DNA from: Octopus sinensis
Taxonomy: Eukaryota
DNA: 64,000 nucleotides
Assembly: GCF_006345805.1 (NCBI RefSeq)
Contig: NC_043007.1
Location: 74,028,001 to 74,092,000, forward strand
Direction of reading: 5' to 3'
Part shown: positions 37,738 through 51,900 of the stretch, in pieces
Layout of the letters: each line of letters opens with the position of its first letter
Position numbering within the stretch: the stretch's first letter is position 1
The notes under the pieces: generated by a model
Told to the model about the DNA's origin: nothing
The model's database searches: none
What the model saw: only the letters and a program-made list of their open reading frames with translations
Program-made: the position numbers and the translations under genes

Positions 37738-37905
37738 TCTTTATTGCCCACAAGGGGCTAAACACAGAGGGTTCAAACAAGGACAGACAAACGGATAAAG
37801 TCGATTACATTGATCCCAGTGCGTAACTAGTAGTTAATTTATCGACCCCGAAAGGATGAAAGGCAAAGCCGACCTCGGCGGAATTTTTAACTCAGAACGT
37901 AAATA
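37738..37905 (-). mobile_element. SINE B, 5'-truncated
   Basis: Family B 3' part on minus strand. Confidence 0.85.
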
Positions 37906-37909
37906 CAGA

Positions 37910-38270
37910 CTAAATTCCGGGTTCTCTCCAGTTGAATCCCTGCTTTTTCAGCTCTCTACAGCTTCCTTTCGGATTTTGCTGCGCCGCGTTATATGTTTCC
38001 TCGAGGGAAAACCTTCCTCTCCTTAGTGTTGTTGGTTTTGAATTGTCATCAATGTCTTTCTATGATTTGTTTTCTAGGAAGGGGTATTGGCCCTATGCAA
38101 ACATATTTCCACCTCAGGGAAGCAGTATCCGGCCTCTATCCTTTCACCTGTCCAACATGGGGGAGGGCCCTTCCTGGAGCATGCACTTTGCTGGTGTAGC
38201 TCTCTGGGTCACTGAGGCACACTAGTCACCACACTGCAAAGATGGCTCGATCCTGTGATGAAGTCCTTTA
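37910..38270 (-). mobile_element. Probable 5' region relic of an RTE-clade LINE
   Basis: GC-richer segment; minus-strand GAGCTACACCAGC..CCCATGTTGGACAGGTGAAAGGATAGAGGCC resembles Expander/Rex3-type 5' regions as I recall them. Confidence 0.4.
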
Positions 38271-38617
38271 AATTACTCAAGTGAAAAGTTAACTAGCTGT
38301 TGAGGTGCATGCATAGCAGCATGATCAAAAGTTGGCGCTTTGCATCCAAGTAACATTCGGCTCGATTTCAATACACGGCACCCTTAAACAAGTGTCGTCT
38401 ATTGTAGCATCGAACTGAACATGTGAGTGGAATTTGCTCGGTGGAAACTATGCGGAAGTGCGTTACACACCATACATGCGCACGCACACACATATGGTAT
38501 ACATATATAACGACAAGAGCTACTAATAGTTTCTTACTGTGAAGATATGTGTCTAAGCATGTGTCTCCAAGCAATCTTCTGACTCATAGCCCCTTCTGTC
38601 ACAATGTGTGTGTGTGT

Positions 38618-38664
<47 letters not shown>

Positions 38665-39014
38665 GCGTGCGTTTATGTTTGTGTATACCAGAGGAAACTG
38701 GTTTGTCAAGTTGCGTCCGTTTCTGCTATTAAGGTAACTTAGCAATTTGATAAATAGAGATCGATAAAATAAGAACTCGGTTAAAGATATATAGATATAA
38801 TCGACTAAAATCATTTGAAGGTGTTGCCCCCAACATAGCTGTAATTCAATGACTGAAAGCAGACAAGGACTATGAAGATTTCTAATTGGTCGATCAGAAG
38901 GTACGATGAAACATATCTGATCAAGTACCATACTATGGGATCGAACCTGGAATCACGTGGCTGTGAAAAGTAGTTCTTTCTTAACCACACTGTCGTCTCT
39001 GAAAAGTAGAACAG

Positions 39015-39175
39015 TAGTGATGATGATGATGATGATGATGATGAAGAGGGCGATGTTGATGATAATGATGATGGTGATGCTGCTACTGCTGCTGATGATG
39101 ATGGTGATGGTGGTGGTGGTGGTGGTGTGGTGGTGGTGGTGGTGGTCAGTGGTGGTCAGGTGGTGGTGGTGGTGG

Positions 39176-39213
<38 letters not shown>

Positions 39214-39215
39214 GT
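39015..39215. repeat. (GAT)n/(GGT)n repeats
   Basis: Direct inspection. Confidence 0.95.
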
Positions 39216-39271
39216 GGGAATGGTACTTATAAAGGAACGCAAGAAAAATTTATAAATAACTTCTAAAATAT

Positions 39272-39465
39272 TGAGGTGGCGAGCTGGCAGAATCTGCAAC
39301 GATGCCAGTCAAAATGCTGAGCGGCATTTCTTCAAACTGGGTTTAAATTGCGCCGAAATCAACTTTGCCTTCCGAGGTCGATAAAATAAAGTACTGTTCA
39401 AGTACTGGGGCCGATGTCATCGACTAACCCACTCCCCATTGTGCCAGCCAGCATTTGAAACCAAT
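39272..39465 (+). mobile_element. SINE B2, degenerate
   Basis: GGTGGCGAGCTGGCAGAATC head. Confidence 0.7.
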
Positions 39466-39639
39466 ATTATTGTAAGTGCTCGACTGTTATGCATTCAACA
39501 ACTTAAATCTATGGAGCAAAAATCGAAGACAGCCGAAACCCTGAATGTAATGAAGTGATAATGTGAAAAATCTAGAAGTTTATGCATCAAAATTCAAATG
39601 AGATTTATACGACCTAAAATTTCCATGGGTTTTCGCTTA

Positions 39640-39794
39640 GGCTTGGCCGTGTGGGAAGAAGTTTGCTTCCCAACCATATGGTTTTGGGTTCAGTCCCACT
39701 CGTGGAACTTTGGGCAGGTGTCTTCTACTATTGATCCTGGCCAACCAAATCTGTTGGAGTGGATTTGGTAAACGGAAACTGAAAGAAACCTATC

Positions 39795-39875
<81 letters not shown>

Positions 39876-40620
39876 TGTGTGTGTATGTGTGTGTATGTGC
39901 GTGTGTGTGTGTGTGTGTGTGTGTATGGTATGTATGTGCGTGCGTACGTGTATGAGTGTGTGTATATATGTGTGTGTCTTTGTGCTTGTGTTTATCCTCC
40001 CAACGCTTGACAACCGGTGTTAGTGTGTTTACGTTCCCGTAACTTAGCGGTTCGGCAAGATTGACCGATAGAATAAGTATCACGCTTAAAAGACAAAAAG
40101 AAAGAAAGCAGTACTGGGGTTGATTCGTTCGACTGAAGTTTTCTAATGACTGAAATACGTAAAAGATAAAAGAATAAGATAAGGTATCAATGAATACATT
40201 ATTCATAATATATGATAATCATAATATATTTTAATGTATTCTATAGGAGGCGTGGCTGTGTGGTAAGAAGCTTGCTTCTCAGCCACGTGACTCCGAGTTC
40301 TCTCCCAGTGCGTGGCACCTTGGGCAAGTGTTTTCTACTATACCCTCGGGACGACCAAAGACCTGTGAGTGGATTTGGTAGAGGGAAACTGAAAGAAGCC
40401 TGTCGTGTATATATTATATATATATATATTATATATATATATATATATATATTGTGTATGTGTGCTTGTCACCCCAGCCATCGCTTGACGACCGATGCTA
40501 GTGTGATTATGTCCCCGTGACTTAGCAGTTCGATAGAATAGGTACAACGCTTACAAAGAATAAGTCCTGGGATCGATTTCTTCGATTAAAAGACGGTACT
40601 ACAGTTTGGCCACAGTCAAA
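39640..40620 (+). mobile_element. Two tandem SINE A copies (39640-40175, 40246-40620)
   Basis: Each has head, internal microsatellite and 3' body. Confidence 0.88.
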
Positions 40621-40692
40621 TAACTAAAACAAGTAAAAATAAAAGAACATATACATATATATACATATATACATACATATATATATACATAT

Positions 40693-40752
<60 letters not shown>

Positions 40753-41347
40753 ATCTTGTATATATATAGATAACGCATTGTTACTAAATGCATTATTTAT
40801 AATATCGAGATTCGATGTTTAGCCCTAGGTCAAGGATGATCAAGTAGATCTATAACAATAAAAAATATTCTAGTCATTACCACTTGGGCACTGATGTATT
40901 CAGTGTGTTCTTTTCTCAACAAACGACGCCAGTGTGCGATTTGAAGGAGATTTGGCATCTATTTCTAGCTAATAAATTGACCACGTGGAACCATCCTCGT
41001 TCTGATCTTCTCGCTGGCAGCCATTATCTTTGGCTGATGTACTCCTATTTGCATTCAGTGCTGACACGTTTCCATGACAACGTATAATAAATGAAATAAT
41101 GACGCGTCCGAGATTTTGGACCTTAATGTGTGGTTAATGGCTTTAATTTCATACCTGTAATTAAATACAAGTATTTATAATCATGCCATATTTACATTCA
41201 GGTATTTATTTTCATATTTGTAATTACATACAGGTGCTTACTATCATACCTGTAGTTGCATAGAAGATTTGTTACTATCATACGTGTAGCAACATAGAGG
41301 TTTTTTTACAATCATACCTGTATTTATATACAGACTGTTACTATCAT

Positions 41348-41765
41348 AGGCGCAGATGTGGCTGTGTGGTAAGTAGCTTGCTTACCAGCCACATGGTTTC
41401 GAGTTCAGTTCCATTGCGTGGCACTGAAGGGCAAGTGTCTTCTACTATAGTCTCGGGCCGGCCAAAGCCTTGTGATTAGATTTCGTAGACGGAAGTTGAA
41501 AGAAACCCATTGTATATATGTGTGTATGTGTGTGTGTGTGTGTGTATGTGTTTGTGTGTCTGTGTTTGTCCCCCCCCCCTACTATCACTTGACAACCGAC
41601 GCTGGTGTGTTTACGTAACTTAGTGGTTGGGTAAAAAAGAACGATAGAATAAGTACTAGACTTACAAAGTTCGATTTTTTTTCCAATTAAAACCCTTTAA
41701 AGCAGTGCTCCAGCATGGCCACAGTTAAATGATGACTGAAACAAGTAAAAGGATAAAAAGATAAA
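41348..41765 (+). mobile_element. SINE A
   Basis: AGGCGCAGATGTGGCTGTGTGG head. Confidence 0.9.
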
Positions 41766-42127
41766 GAATCATATATGATTCTTAGTTTTGAACATGAATT
41801 AGCCACCAATATTTGAACCCGGCAAGGGATTTACAAACAAAACAACAACAACAACAACAATAATAATAATAATAATGTATTTAGGGGTGATAAATGTAGT
41901 TAGAAGACATTGTTTTAGATAAAAGAAGGAAAAACAGAAAAAAAGGAGGCAGAGATGAAGCAGCGAGGAGATATGATTTAACATGACGTAATACATACAT
42001 ATATATACATAATACATACATGTATTCACATATAAACATGTATGTATGCGTATATATGTATGTATATATATATATTATATATATATATATACATTATGTA
42101 TATATATATATGTAATATATATATATG

Positions 42128-42160
<33 letters not shown>

Positions 42161-42384
42161 CGAGAGGTGTATGAAAAGTCTTGAGCCTCAAGAAAACACA
42201 AAAAAAAATGGTGCAAGACTTCTGATTAAGGTACAAGACTTCAAGGCTCAAAACTTTTCATACACCCCTCGTATGTATATGTATACACACACACACACAC
42301 ACACAAACACAAACATACATACATACGTACATATATTCATGTGCTTGTATGTGAGTGTGCGTAAAGATAGATAGATAGATACGC

Positions 42385-43062
42385 ATATGAGTGAGAAGTT
42401 TCGGAAGTGGAAGGCGTTTGAAAGCAAGGGTTTGAAGGTAAACCTCGGGAAGACAAGGGTGATGGTGTGAGGGGTGGAAGGAGTGGAAGGAGAAGTGTTA
42501 GTGAGTAAGGTGGGTCCATGTGGAGTATGTGGGAGGAGGGTAATGGCAAATGCAGTGTTGTATACGAGATGTGAGAAATGGATTCATTGTAGATGTACGA
42601 AAATGAAGGTGACCCCAAGATTGGCAAGAGTTTGTTTGCAGATGTGAGGAAGGAGCTAGAGGGCAGGAGGAACCGGTGGTGGAAACGGTGAGAGGGTTTT
42701 GTTATTTGGGAGATAGGGTGGATGTAAGCGGATGTGAAGCAGCTGTGACAGTAAGAGCGAGACCTTGGCTGGGTGAAGTTCAGGGACTGTGGAGCGTTGT
42801 TATATGGGAAAAGGCTACTCTTTACTCTTTTACTCTTTTATTTGTTTGTCATTTGACTGTGGCCATGCTGGAGCACCGCCTTTAGTCGAGCAAATCGACC
42901 CCAGAACTTATTCTTTCTAAGAAGAGTACTTATTCTATCGGTCTCTTTTGCCGAACCGCTAAGTTACGAGGACGTAAACACACCAGCATCGGTTTTCAAG
43001 CGATGTTGGGGGGACAAACACAGATACACAAACATACATACATACATACATACATACATACA

Positions 43063-43105
<43 letters not shown>

Positions 43106-43124
43106 CATCATATATATACATATA

Positions 43125-43171
<47 letters not shown>

Positions 43172-43620
43172 GACGGGCTTCTTTCAGTTTCCATCTACCA
43201 AATCCACTCACAAGGCTTTGGTCGGCCCAGCTATAGTAGAAGACACTTGCCCAAGGTGCCACGCAGTGGGACTGAACCCGGAACCATGTTGTTGGTAAGC
43301 AAGCTACTTACCACACATCCACTCCTACGCCTTCTCATTAAAGATAAAAGGAAGCGTCTATAATAAGAGTTGTGTGAGAGCTGCAATGCTGTATGGGAGT
43401 GAGACATGGTGTCTGAGGGAGAGAGAGATGGTAATTTTGAGAAGGACTGAGAGAGCAATGGTGAGAGAAATGTGTAGCTTGAAGCTGTTTGATAAGAAGA
43501 GGACTGAGGATTTGATGAGAATCTGGGGTTGGAGGAAGCGGTGGAATGGTTGGCAAGGGTGAAAGGACTGAGGTGGTATGGGCATGTGTTGAGGAGGGAT
43601 AAGGAGCATGTTCTGAAAGC
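42385..43620 (+). pseudogene. RTE-clade LINE ORF relic interrupted by SINE A
   Basis: FESKGLKVNLGKTRVM..CGVC..WIHCRC..FCYLGD (42385-42818) and VRAAMLYGSETW..LRWYGHVLRRD (43332-43620) are typical post-RT RTE motifs. Confidence 0.85.
42819..43331 (-). mobile_element. SINE A inserted in the RTE relic
   Basis: Family A on minus strand; the LINE text resumes across it (..GKR / FSLKIKG..). Confidence 0.92.
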
Positions 43621-44119
43621 TAACAAACACTGTAGTTAGTGCTTCTCATGGGTGTAAGTTACCTAAATATTCAAGATCCATCTGAAACGATGCTACATAA
43701 TTAACACATTCTTGAGACACAAATATTATCTTAGGCGAGTTTTTCAACCTCACTTCTAAAATATAGAGTCAGATTGTGTGACTAAGAAGTTTGGTTCTCA
43801 TCCACGTGGTTCTGGGTATCTTCTAACATTAACCCGGGTGAATGATTACGTTGACAGTAGAAAATAGTCAAAGAATCCTGCACTGAAACCCGTCATTTAG
43901 CGGGTGGGGCGAGGGAGGACGGCATTTTCGAATGAAAAGACCCCATGTGGCATTTGTTCCGTACCGAATTGTATAGAAAATCCCTTATCATTTTCGCAGT
44001 GATTTATCTGTTGGAATCAAGTAACCAACGAACCTATTGACCCATTAACTGCAATAATATATATATATACATACATTCATACACATACACACATAAATGT
44101 ATACGTATATGTAGATGCT

Positions 44120-44159
<40 letters not shown>

Positions 44160-44364
44160 CATCGACATATATGTGTGTATGTGTATGTGCATGTATATGA
44201 ATGTATGTATATGTATTCTATTGCATTTAATAAGTGAACAGACGCCCTCGATGAACCATAAAAGTACACGCACATGCAGGCACACACATACATGCACACA
44301 GACACACGCGCGCGCGCAAATATATATATATATATATATATATGTGGGGTGTATATATATATAT

Positions 44365-45100
44365 ATGCATGAATATGTGGAAGAAAAGGTTGCTTTGCAA
44401 CCACGTGGTTTTAGGTTCAGTCTCACTGCGCGGCACCTTGGGCAAGTCCCGAGCCGACCAAAGTCTTGTTAGTGGATTTGGTAGACGGAAAGTGTGTGGA
44501 AGCCTGCCGTATATATGTAGGTATATACGTGTGTGTGTGCATATGAGTGTGTGTGCATATGAGTATGTCTATATGTAAATAGAGAGAGTGGTCTATGTAT
44601 GTATAGGTATCTCTCTGTTTCTCGCCCCACCGCGTGGCGGTTCGGCCAGAGCGAACGTTAGAATAAGTACCAGACTTCAAAAAAAAATTAACATTGGAGT
44701 TGATCTATTCGATGACACCAGCTAAGCCATTAACATCCCCCACTCCGACCCCAGCATACCCACCACCACCACCACCACCATCAACTCTACTATGGAAAAG
44801 GGTTTAGCATTATATTTCCTTTAAATATTGCATATGGATCATTAAATTTGTTTTCAGTGTTGTGTGTCCCTTATAAACATAAATATCTTTCTTTTGTTTT
44901 CATCTTTTGTCGTTTACTTGCCTCACTCATTGGACTGCAGCCTTGCTGGGGTACCGTCTTGACGGGTGTAGTAGAACAAACCACCCCAATATTTATTATT
45001 GATTCTGGTACTTATATCGGGGTCTTTTGCCGAACCGCCAATTCACGGGTGTGTAAATAAACCAACTGCGGTTGTTAAGTGGTAGCGGGCGACAATAACC
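44365..45100. mobile_element. Degenerate SINE A copies (44365-44710 +, 44890-45100 -)
   Basis: Family A motifs. Confidence 0.7.
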
Positions 45101-45116
45101 AACACAGAGGGAGAGA

Positions 45117-45159
<43 letters not shown>

Positions 45160-45421
45160 AGAGGGAGAGAGAGAGACAAAGAGGGAGAGAGAGAGTGCGT
45201 GCGTGTATGTGTGTGTGTGTACAGATGAGATCCAGAGTTAGAAAACAGTTGTACACAATTGATTTGAAGTTACACCCGGAAATCTTACCGAGTGCTAAGT
45301 CCGTAGGGTAAAGAACAGCTATAAGAGGAATCCAGGTGAGCAGATATGGAAATAATGATGCGGATAAACAAATAAAACCGCTTGGGTTAGCCAATACGGT
45401 TTTATTTGTTTATTTGCATCA

Positions 45422-45877
45422 TTATCGTCGTCAACTTACGACCGATCCAACTTACGACCGATCGACTTTACGATGATTAGCACGCCAGCTCCAGTCCAGT
45501 TGAAATCTAATGGGATTAAATTTCTTAGAAATGAACCCATCTACGGATGGTGTCAGCTAACAAAAGCTTCCCCTAGGTTTGATTATCGGTCACCACTGTG
45601 GTTATCCTGAGTGTTGGATGACTATCCTGTTGCGGAATCATTTAGGCAACCTCGTATTTTTGTTTATAAGACGACTCCTTGAGACTCCGAAATGTTTCAC
45701 TAACGTCGGTATAATGGTATAATACAGAATGCTATGTGTGACTTTTACCTGAGAATGTATCTTAGGAAGGTAAAAATATAAAACAAAGCTATGTAGGCCT
45801 ATAGGCCGACTTACAACCAAATCGACTTAGAACCAGTCAGTCGGGACCAATTGTGGTCATAAGTCAACGACAACCAG
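45422..45877. mobile_element. Tigger-like MITE, eroded left end
   Basis: TCGTCAACTTACGACC vs GGTCATAAGTCAACGA inverted termini; right end ..CAG|TA. Confidence 0.55.
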
Positions 45878-45892
45878 TATATATATATTTGT

Positions 45893-45929
<37 letters not shown>

Positions 45930-46047
45930 CTTATTGCCACCTAAACGTGGGTGTTCTATAAGAACAAACAATACTGTTTTCACCGTAGGAGGACGCCTCC
46001 TCTACCTGGTTATTCAATGCGCTTCGCACTCAATATATATCTATATC

Positions 46048-46272
46048 TTTACTGCCCACAAGGGGCTATACACAGAGGGGGCAAACAGGACAGACAAACA
46101 GATTTTAGTCGATTATACCGACCACCCCAGTGTCTAACTGGTACTTATTTAATCGACCCCGAAAGGATGAAAGGCAAATTTGACCTCGGCGGAATTTGAA
46201 CTCAGAACGTAGCGGCAGACGAAATACGGCTACGCATTTTGCCCGGCGTGCTAACGTTTCTGCCAGCTCGCA
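46048..46272 (-). mobile_element. SINE B
   Basis: Family B on minus strand. Confidence 0.9.
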
Positions 46273-46558
46273 CTCGATATATATTGCAAGCGGGAAGAGA
46301 ACTCCCTAGTAGTCTAGCTCGACCACCAAATCACGTGATTGCGACCTCATTTTGGGGTCATCTTCAATGATGGATTCTCGTCTGCTAGACATAACATACA
46401 TATGTGCTGTACTCGCGCGCGTGTGTGCGTATGCACACGATGGGATTTTCTGGTGCTACAGTAAAAGACACTTATCCAAGGTGCTGCACTGCGGGGCTGA
46501 ACTCTAAACTACATGGGTACAAAGCAAACTTCTTTACCACACTGCTATATCTCCGCCC

Positions 46559-46949
46559 GTGGAGGCGCAATGGCCCAGTGGTTACGGCAACGGACTCGCG
46601 GTCATAGGATCGCGGTTTCGATTCCCAGACCGGGGGTTGTGAGTGTTTATTGAGCGAAAACACCTAAAAGCTCCACGAGGCTCCGGCAGGGGATGGTGGT
46701 GATCCCTGCTGTCCTCTTTCACCACAACTTTCTCTCACTCTTACTTCCTGTTTCTGTTGTATCTGTATTTCAAGGGGCCGGCCTTGTCACTCTCTGTGTC
46801 ACGCTGAATATCCCCGAGAACTACGTTATGGGTGCACGTGTCTGTGGAGTGCTCAGCCACTTACACGTTAATTTCACGAGCAGGCTGTTCTGTTGATTCG
46901 GATCAACCGGAGCCCTCATCGTCGTAACCGACGGAGTGCTTCCATCCAT
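46559..46949 (+). mobile_element. SINE C, full length
   Basis: Near-identical to 35493-35880; flanking TAYCTCCGCCC duplicated. Confidence 0.92.
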
Positions 46950-47525
46950 ACCTCCGCCCACAAACCGATCTCCACAAGATAAGATTTAAAGAAAATCGAA
47001 ATATTTTGATCTGATTAGAAGTAGAGGTTATGACTCGTAGAATATGGTTGTAACAAACATGAAAGTACACGCTCCCAAGAAATATGGTTTGATTTCTAAG
47101 CTAGACAAAGAATCACAGCAGGAGATGGAAAATAAATATATTAATACGCCCTGGGACTCGATCGATAAGCACAGCGGAGACTTCGATATAAAACCGCAAT
47201 TTGATATAAATTTAAGTAGCTGTAAAATGGAGAGAAAGCTATCCTAAGGGGCTTAGGGATATTCGTTGTATGTGTCTCGGTGTAGATGTATCTGCGTATA
47301 CGTATGCATGTGTGTGTGTGTGTGTGTGTGTGTACGTGTGTGTGTGTACATACATACATGCATACGTACGTACATACACAAACACACACATACACACACA
47401 CACACACATATACACACACATGTTTGTCGAGATATAATAAAAATAATTTTACATTAAGTTGAAGAATTCCTAGCAAGCCGGAACTTCGAAGTCACTATCA
47501 CCACGCTTCCGCTAAAAAATATAAG

Positions 47526-47599
<74 letters not shown>

Positions 47600-48068
47600 G
47601 AATTATGTGTGTGTGTTGTGTTTGCGTGCGTGAATGTGTGTGTAGATATATATATAATATATATATAATATATATATATATAATGTAATTGAAGATAATA
47701 GAAAATATGTACTGAGAAAAATCATGTAAATAAAAGACAATATAGAAATATGATTATGCATATCAGCGCCACCTACTCTATTTTTTACGTGTAGTTTTGT
47801 TGTGAAACTTGTCTGCAGAGGAGAAATAAAATATCTCAAGTTAATGAGAGCACGTGATCCGGAAACTAACTGTAGCAATTTCGATGCTCCAGGTCCAGTA
47901 TAGTTGTGTCACGTGCTCATCAAATCTAGACTACACGTCTTATAAGCCATTCAAAGTGTCTTGTGTGACGCAGTTATACAACGTTGAAGGAGATTGAATA
48001 AAAAAAACCGAGACGACTCTGCCCGCCATTTCGATTTCCTCCCCACTCCAAATAATATTTACGACATT

Positions 48069-48483
48069 ACTCTTTTACTCTTTTACTTGTTTCAGTCATT
48101 GGACTGCGGCCATGCTGGAGCACCGCCTTTAGTCGAGCAAATCGATCCCGGGACTTATTCTTTGTAAGCCCAGTACTTATTCTATCGGTCTCTTTTGCCG
48201 AACGGCTAAGTTACGGGGACGTAAACACACCAGCATCGGTTGTCAAGCAATGCTAGGGGGACAAACACAGACACACAAACACATACACACACATACATAT
48301 ATATATATATACATATATACGACAGGCTTCTTTCAGTTTCCGTCTACCAAATCCACTCACAAGGCATTGGTCGGCCCGAGGCTATAGCAGAAGACACTTG
48401 CCGAAGATGCCACGCAGTGGGACTGAACCCGGAACCATGTGGTTGGTTAGCAAGCTACTTACCACACAGCCACTCCTGCGCCT
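48069..48483 (-). mobile_element. SINE A, full length
   Basis: Family A on minus strand; a 3'-half fragment follows at about 48505-48675. Confidence 0.92.
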
Positions 48484-48747
48484 ATAACATTGTTATCTTT
48501 TTTTATCTTTTGTCTTTTATTTCAGTCTCTCGACTGCGGCAATGCTGGGGCATCGCCTTCACAGGTTTAGTAAAGCACATCAACAAGAGTACTTATTGTG
48601 TTTTAAAGTCTGGGACTTATTCTATCGAGATCTTTTGCCGAACCACTATGCTACGAGGATGTGAACAAACCAGCACTCGCTCATACCCACCAACCCCACC
48701 CACACTCATACACTCATATGTACTACGAGCTTCTTTCAGTTTCTTAT

Positions 48748-48978
48748 TTCTTTACTGCCCACAAGGGGCTAAACATAAAGGGAACAAACAAGGACGGACA
48801 AATGGATTAAGTCGATGACATCGACCCCAGTGCGTAACTGGTACTTAATTTATCTACCCCGAAAGGGTGGAAGGCAAAGTCGACCTCGGCGGAATTTGAA
48901 CTCAGAACGTAACGGCAGACGAAATACGGCTACGCATTTCGCCCGGCATGCTAACGTTTCTGCCAGCTCGCCGCCTTT
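48748..48978 (-). mobile_element. SINE B nested in a decayed SINE A
   Basis: Family B on minus strand; SINE A text on both sides (about 48725-48745 and 48979-49130). Confidence 0.85.
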
Positions 48979-50159
48979 CAGTTTCTGCCCACTAAATTTA
49001 CCCACAAAGCATTGGTCGATTCGGGGCAATAATAGAGAGACGGTTGCCCAAGTTGTTTTGCTGTGGGACAAAACCCGAAACCCGATGGTTGCAAAACGAT
49101 CTCCTTAACCACACAACCACGCACATTTGTTCTCTGCTGCGGTTTTAGTGGCTGAACGTGGACATGCTGGAGCACCACCTTCAATTGTGTAGTAGTTGAT
49201 CCCCCGGGCTCCTGTATTTATTTCAATCTGGCACTTGATTTATCAAGTTATATTTATAACTTAGTTAAAAGGACAGCATAAGCAGCAGAGATGTATCATT
49301 TTCGTTTAAATATATATTTTCAGTAACATTTTACGATTTTTGTAATCTCTGTTATTTTTTCTACCTCTTAATTGTAAAAGTTTCTGTATAAAACATATTT
49401 ACAAAGATAACAAATTTTCCTGTGATGGAAACTCATTTATTAGACGACATTTGACATGTCTTCATAATAAGATACTTCAGACAATATACACGATTTGACA
49501 GATTTCTACTGACCAACAATGGTTATTCTTGGTTTCAGGAAAGGTTTGTCGGAGTTTAGTTGATGGTTTGAGATGTACAGTTCAGACACATTTGAGTCTT
49601 TCATTTCACTTATAAATAAAGCAAAAATTATTTGTCTCTTAACCATAAAACTAGTGAGTGTAAAGATGACTTAACCATCAAACGTTCATTATTGGCAGCC
49701 TGTTTATCAACTCCCATGAAATGAAAGCGGTCTTTCATGGGAATTTAATGTAGAACAGTGAGATAGAGAACTAAACTTATAATATTTTTAGAATGCTTGT
49801 TACTAATCGCCCTCTATAAAGAAGTGTATTATACCAAAGCTCAAAGACTTTTTGTAAGAGAACTTATTCCAGTAACCTACTGGTGTTTATTTTTTGAAAT
49901 TGACAATATTGCGATATCATCGCAACTTAAAATCGCTTCTTCGATTGGAAATAAAACATTAGATTTTAGTTCTAGCTGGTTCACAAGACTGTACTAAGGC
50001 CCAGCTTCTGTAAACTGTAAACCCATCAAGACACCAAAGCACTGACTCACCCCCAAAATTAAGAAGACAAACTGTCTCCTGAATTATTTGTCAAAAGTCT
50101 CTACATAGCTATCAGAAAGAAATGTATAAGTTGAGCAAAGATCATTGAGAAGATTTTGA

Positions 50160-50441
50160 CTTGATTTAGGGTCTGTCATGAGCCCTAGGACTGATAAGAT
50201 CGGAGCTTAACCCAGTTTCGGTGCTGTGTAAGGGACTGGAACAACAGCACTCATCCCTGACGAGGACACAGGTCCGTCGGAGAGTTAATTTCCTAGCTAT
50301 TGCTGAATCTCATTTATAGCTGACTGGACTGAAACGACATAAAATAAAATGGTCTGTGCAAGAGCACAACGCACTGCCAGATCCAGAAATCGAAACCATG
50401 ATCTTGTGGTTGCAATACTTTAAGCACATGGCTACGCACCT
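50160..50441 (-). mobile_element. Old CORE-type tRNA SINE
   Basis: Minus-strand head AGGTGCGTAGCCATGTG..GGTTTCGATTTC and CORE-like CAGTCCAGTCAGCTATAAATGAG. Confidence 0.6.
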
Positions 50442-50471
50442 TCTTATTCAAATTAGGCACTTATAAATTAC

Positions 50472-50707
50472 TATTTCTTTACTACCCACAAGGGGCTAAA
50501 CACAGAAGGGACAAACAAGGACAGACAAACAGATTAAGTCGATTACATCGACACCAGTGCTTAACTGGTACTTATTTAATCGACCCCGAGATGATGAAAG
50601 GCAAAGTCGACCTCGGCGGAATTTGAACTCAGAACGTAACGGCAGACGAAATACCGCTAAGCATTCCGTCCGGCGTGATAACGATTCTGCCAGCTCGCCG
50701 CCTTTAA
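50472..50707 (-). mobile_element. SINE B, full length
   Basis: 17-bp TSD AGGCACTTATAAATTAC at 50455-50471 and 50708-50724. Confidence 0.92.
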
Positions 50708-51084
50708 AGGCACTTATAAATTACATGTAACCAGATTTACAGTTGAAACTAAGTGATAGGTCCAAATCAATACTGATTGAAGAAGTACGTATATAGACAC
50801 GCACACTCACCCATTCAGCTTGCTTTAGTGATTCTCCTAGTTTACATCAACATCAAAGTTGGGATAATACGCATCTTATCAAAGAAATATTTCGTCATAA
50901 CGTCTTTTCAAGCGATGAAATGCATATTTCTCAGTCATACACAGACATTCAAGGTCAACCTTACAGCAACATTCACAAGACCCTTTCAATACTAGAACAT
51001 CATCATTCTTTTTATAACTAACTTATCAGATGTCATGAAATATTTGATTATGTATCAATCAAATTTCTACTTAGAAATGAAACA

Positions 51085-51900
51085 TGAAGCTTGTTTTGCA
51101 ACCACGAGGTTTTCCGTATCAGTCCCTCTGCATGACACCTTGAGCAAGTGTCTGCTGCTATAACCCCGAATCGACCAATGTCTTGTGAGTGGATTTGGTA
51201 GAAGGAAACTGTGGAAGACCGTCATGTGTGTGCGTGCGTGTGTTTATCGTGTGTGTATGTATATATGTGTGAGAGAAGGGACAGAGAGAGAGAGAGAGTT
51301 TGTGTTTGTTCTCTCTCCTTCTACTTGAACACTGTTGTTGGCTTGTTAATGTCTCCATAACTTACCAGTTCGTCAAAGGTTACCGATAGAATAAGTACTA
51401 GACATGAAAATAGATACTAAACCCGTCAAGAAAGTTGTCCAGCACGGCCGCAAGTCCAATAACTAAAACAAGCAGAAAAATAAAAGGTAAAGGTGCAGGA
51501 GTGGCTGTGTGGTAAGTAGCTTGCTTACCAACCACATGGTTCCGGGTTCAGCTCCTCTGCGTGGCACCTCTGGTAAGTGTCTCCTACTATACCCTCGGGC
51601 CGACCAAAGCCTTGTGAGTGGATTTGGTAGACAGAAACTGAAAGAAGCCCGTCGTATATATATATATGTGTGTGTGCGCGTGCGCGCGCGCGTGTGTGTG
51701 TGTGTGTGTGTGTGCGTGCGTGCGTGTGTGTGTTTGTCTCCCCACCATTGCTTGACACCGATATTAATGGTTCGGTAAAAGAGACCGATAGAATAAGTAT
51801 TAGGCTCGCAAAGAATAAGGCCCGGAGTCGATTTGTTCGACTAAAAGCGGTGCTCCAGCATGGCCGCAGTCAAATGACTGAAACAGTTAAAAGAGTGAAA
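51085..51900 (+). mobile_element. Two tandem SINE A copies (51085-51490 old, 51491-51900 young)
   Basis: Family A motifs. Confidence 0.85.

Noticed and set aside
50257-50280. CTGACGA-GGAC(ACAG)GTCC hairpin
   Set aside because: No GAAA after stem II; it lies inside an old SINE.
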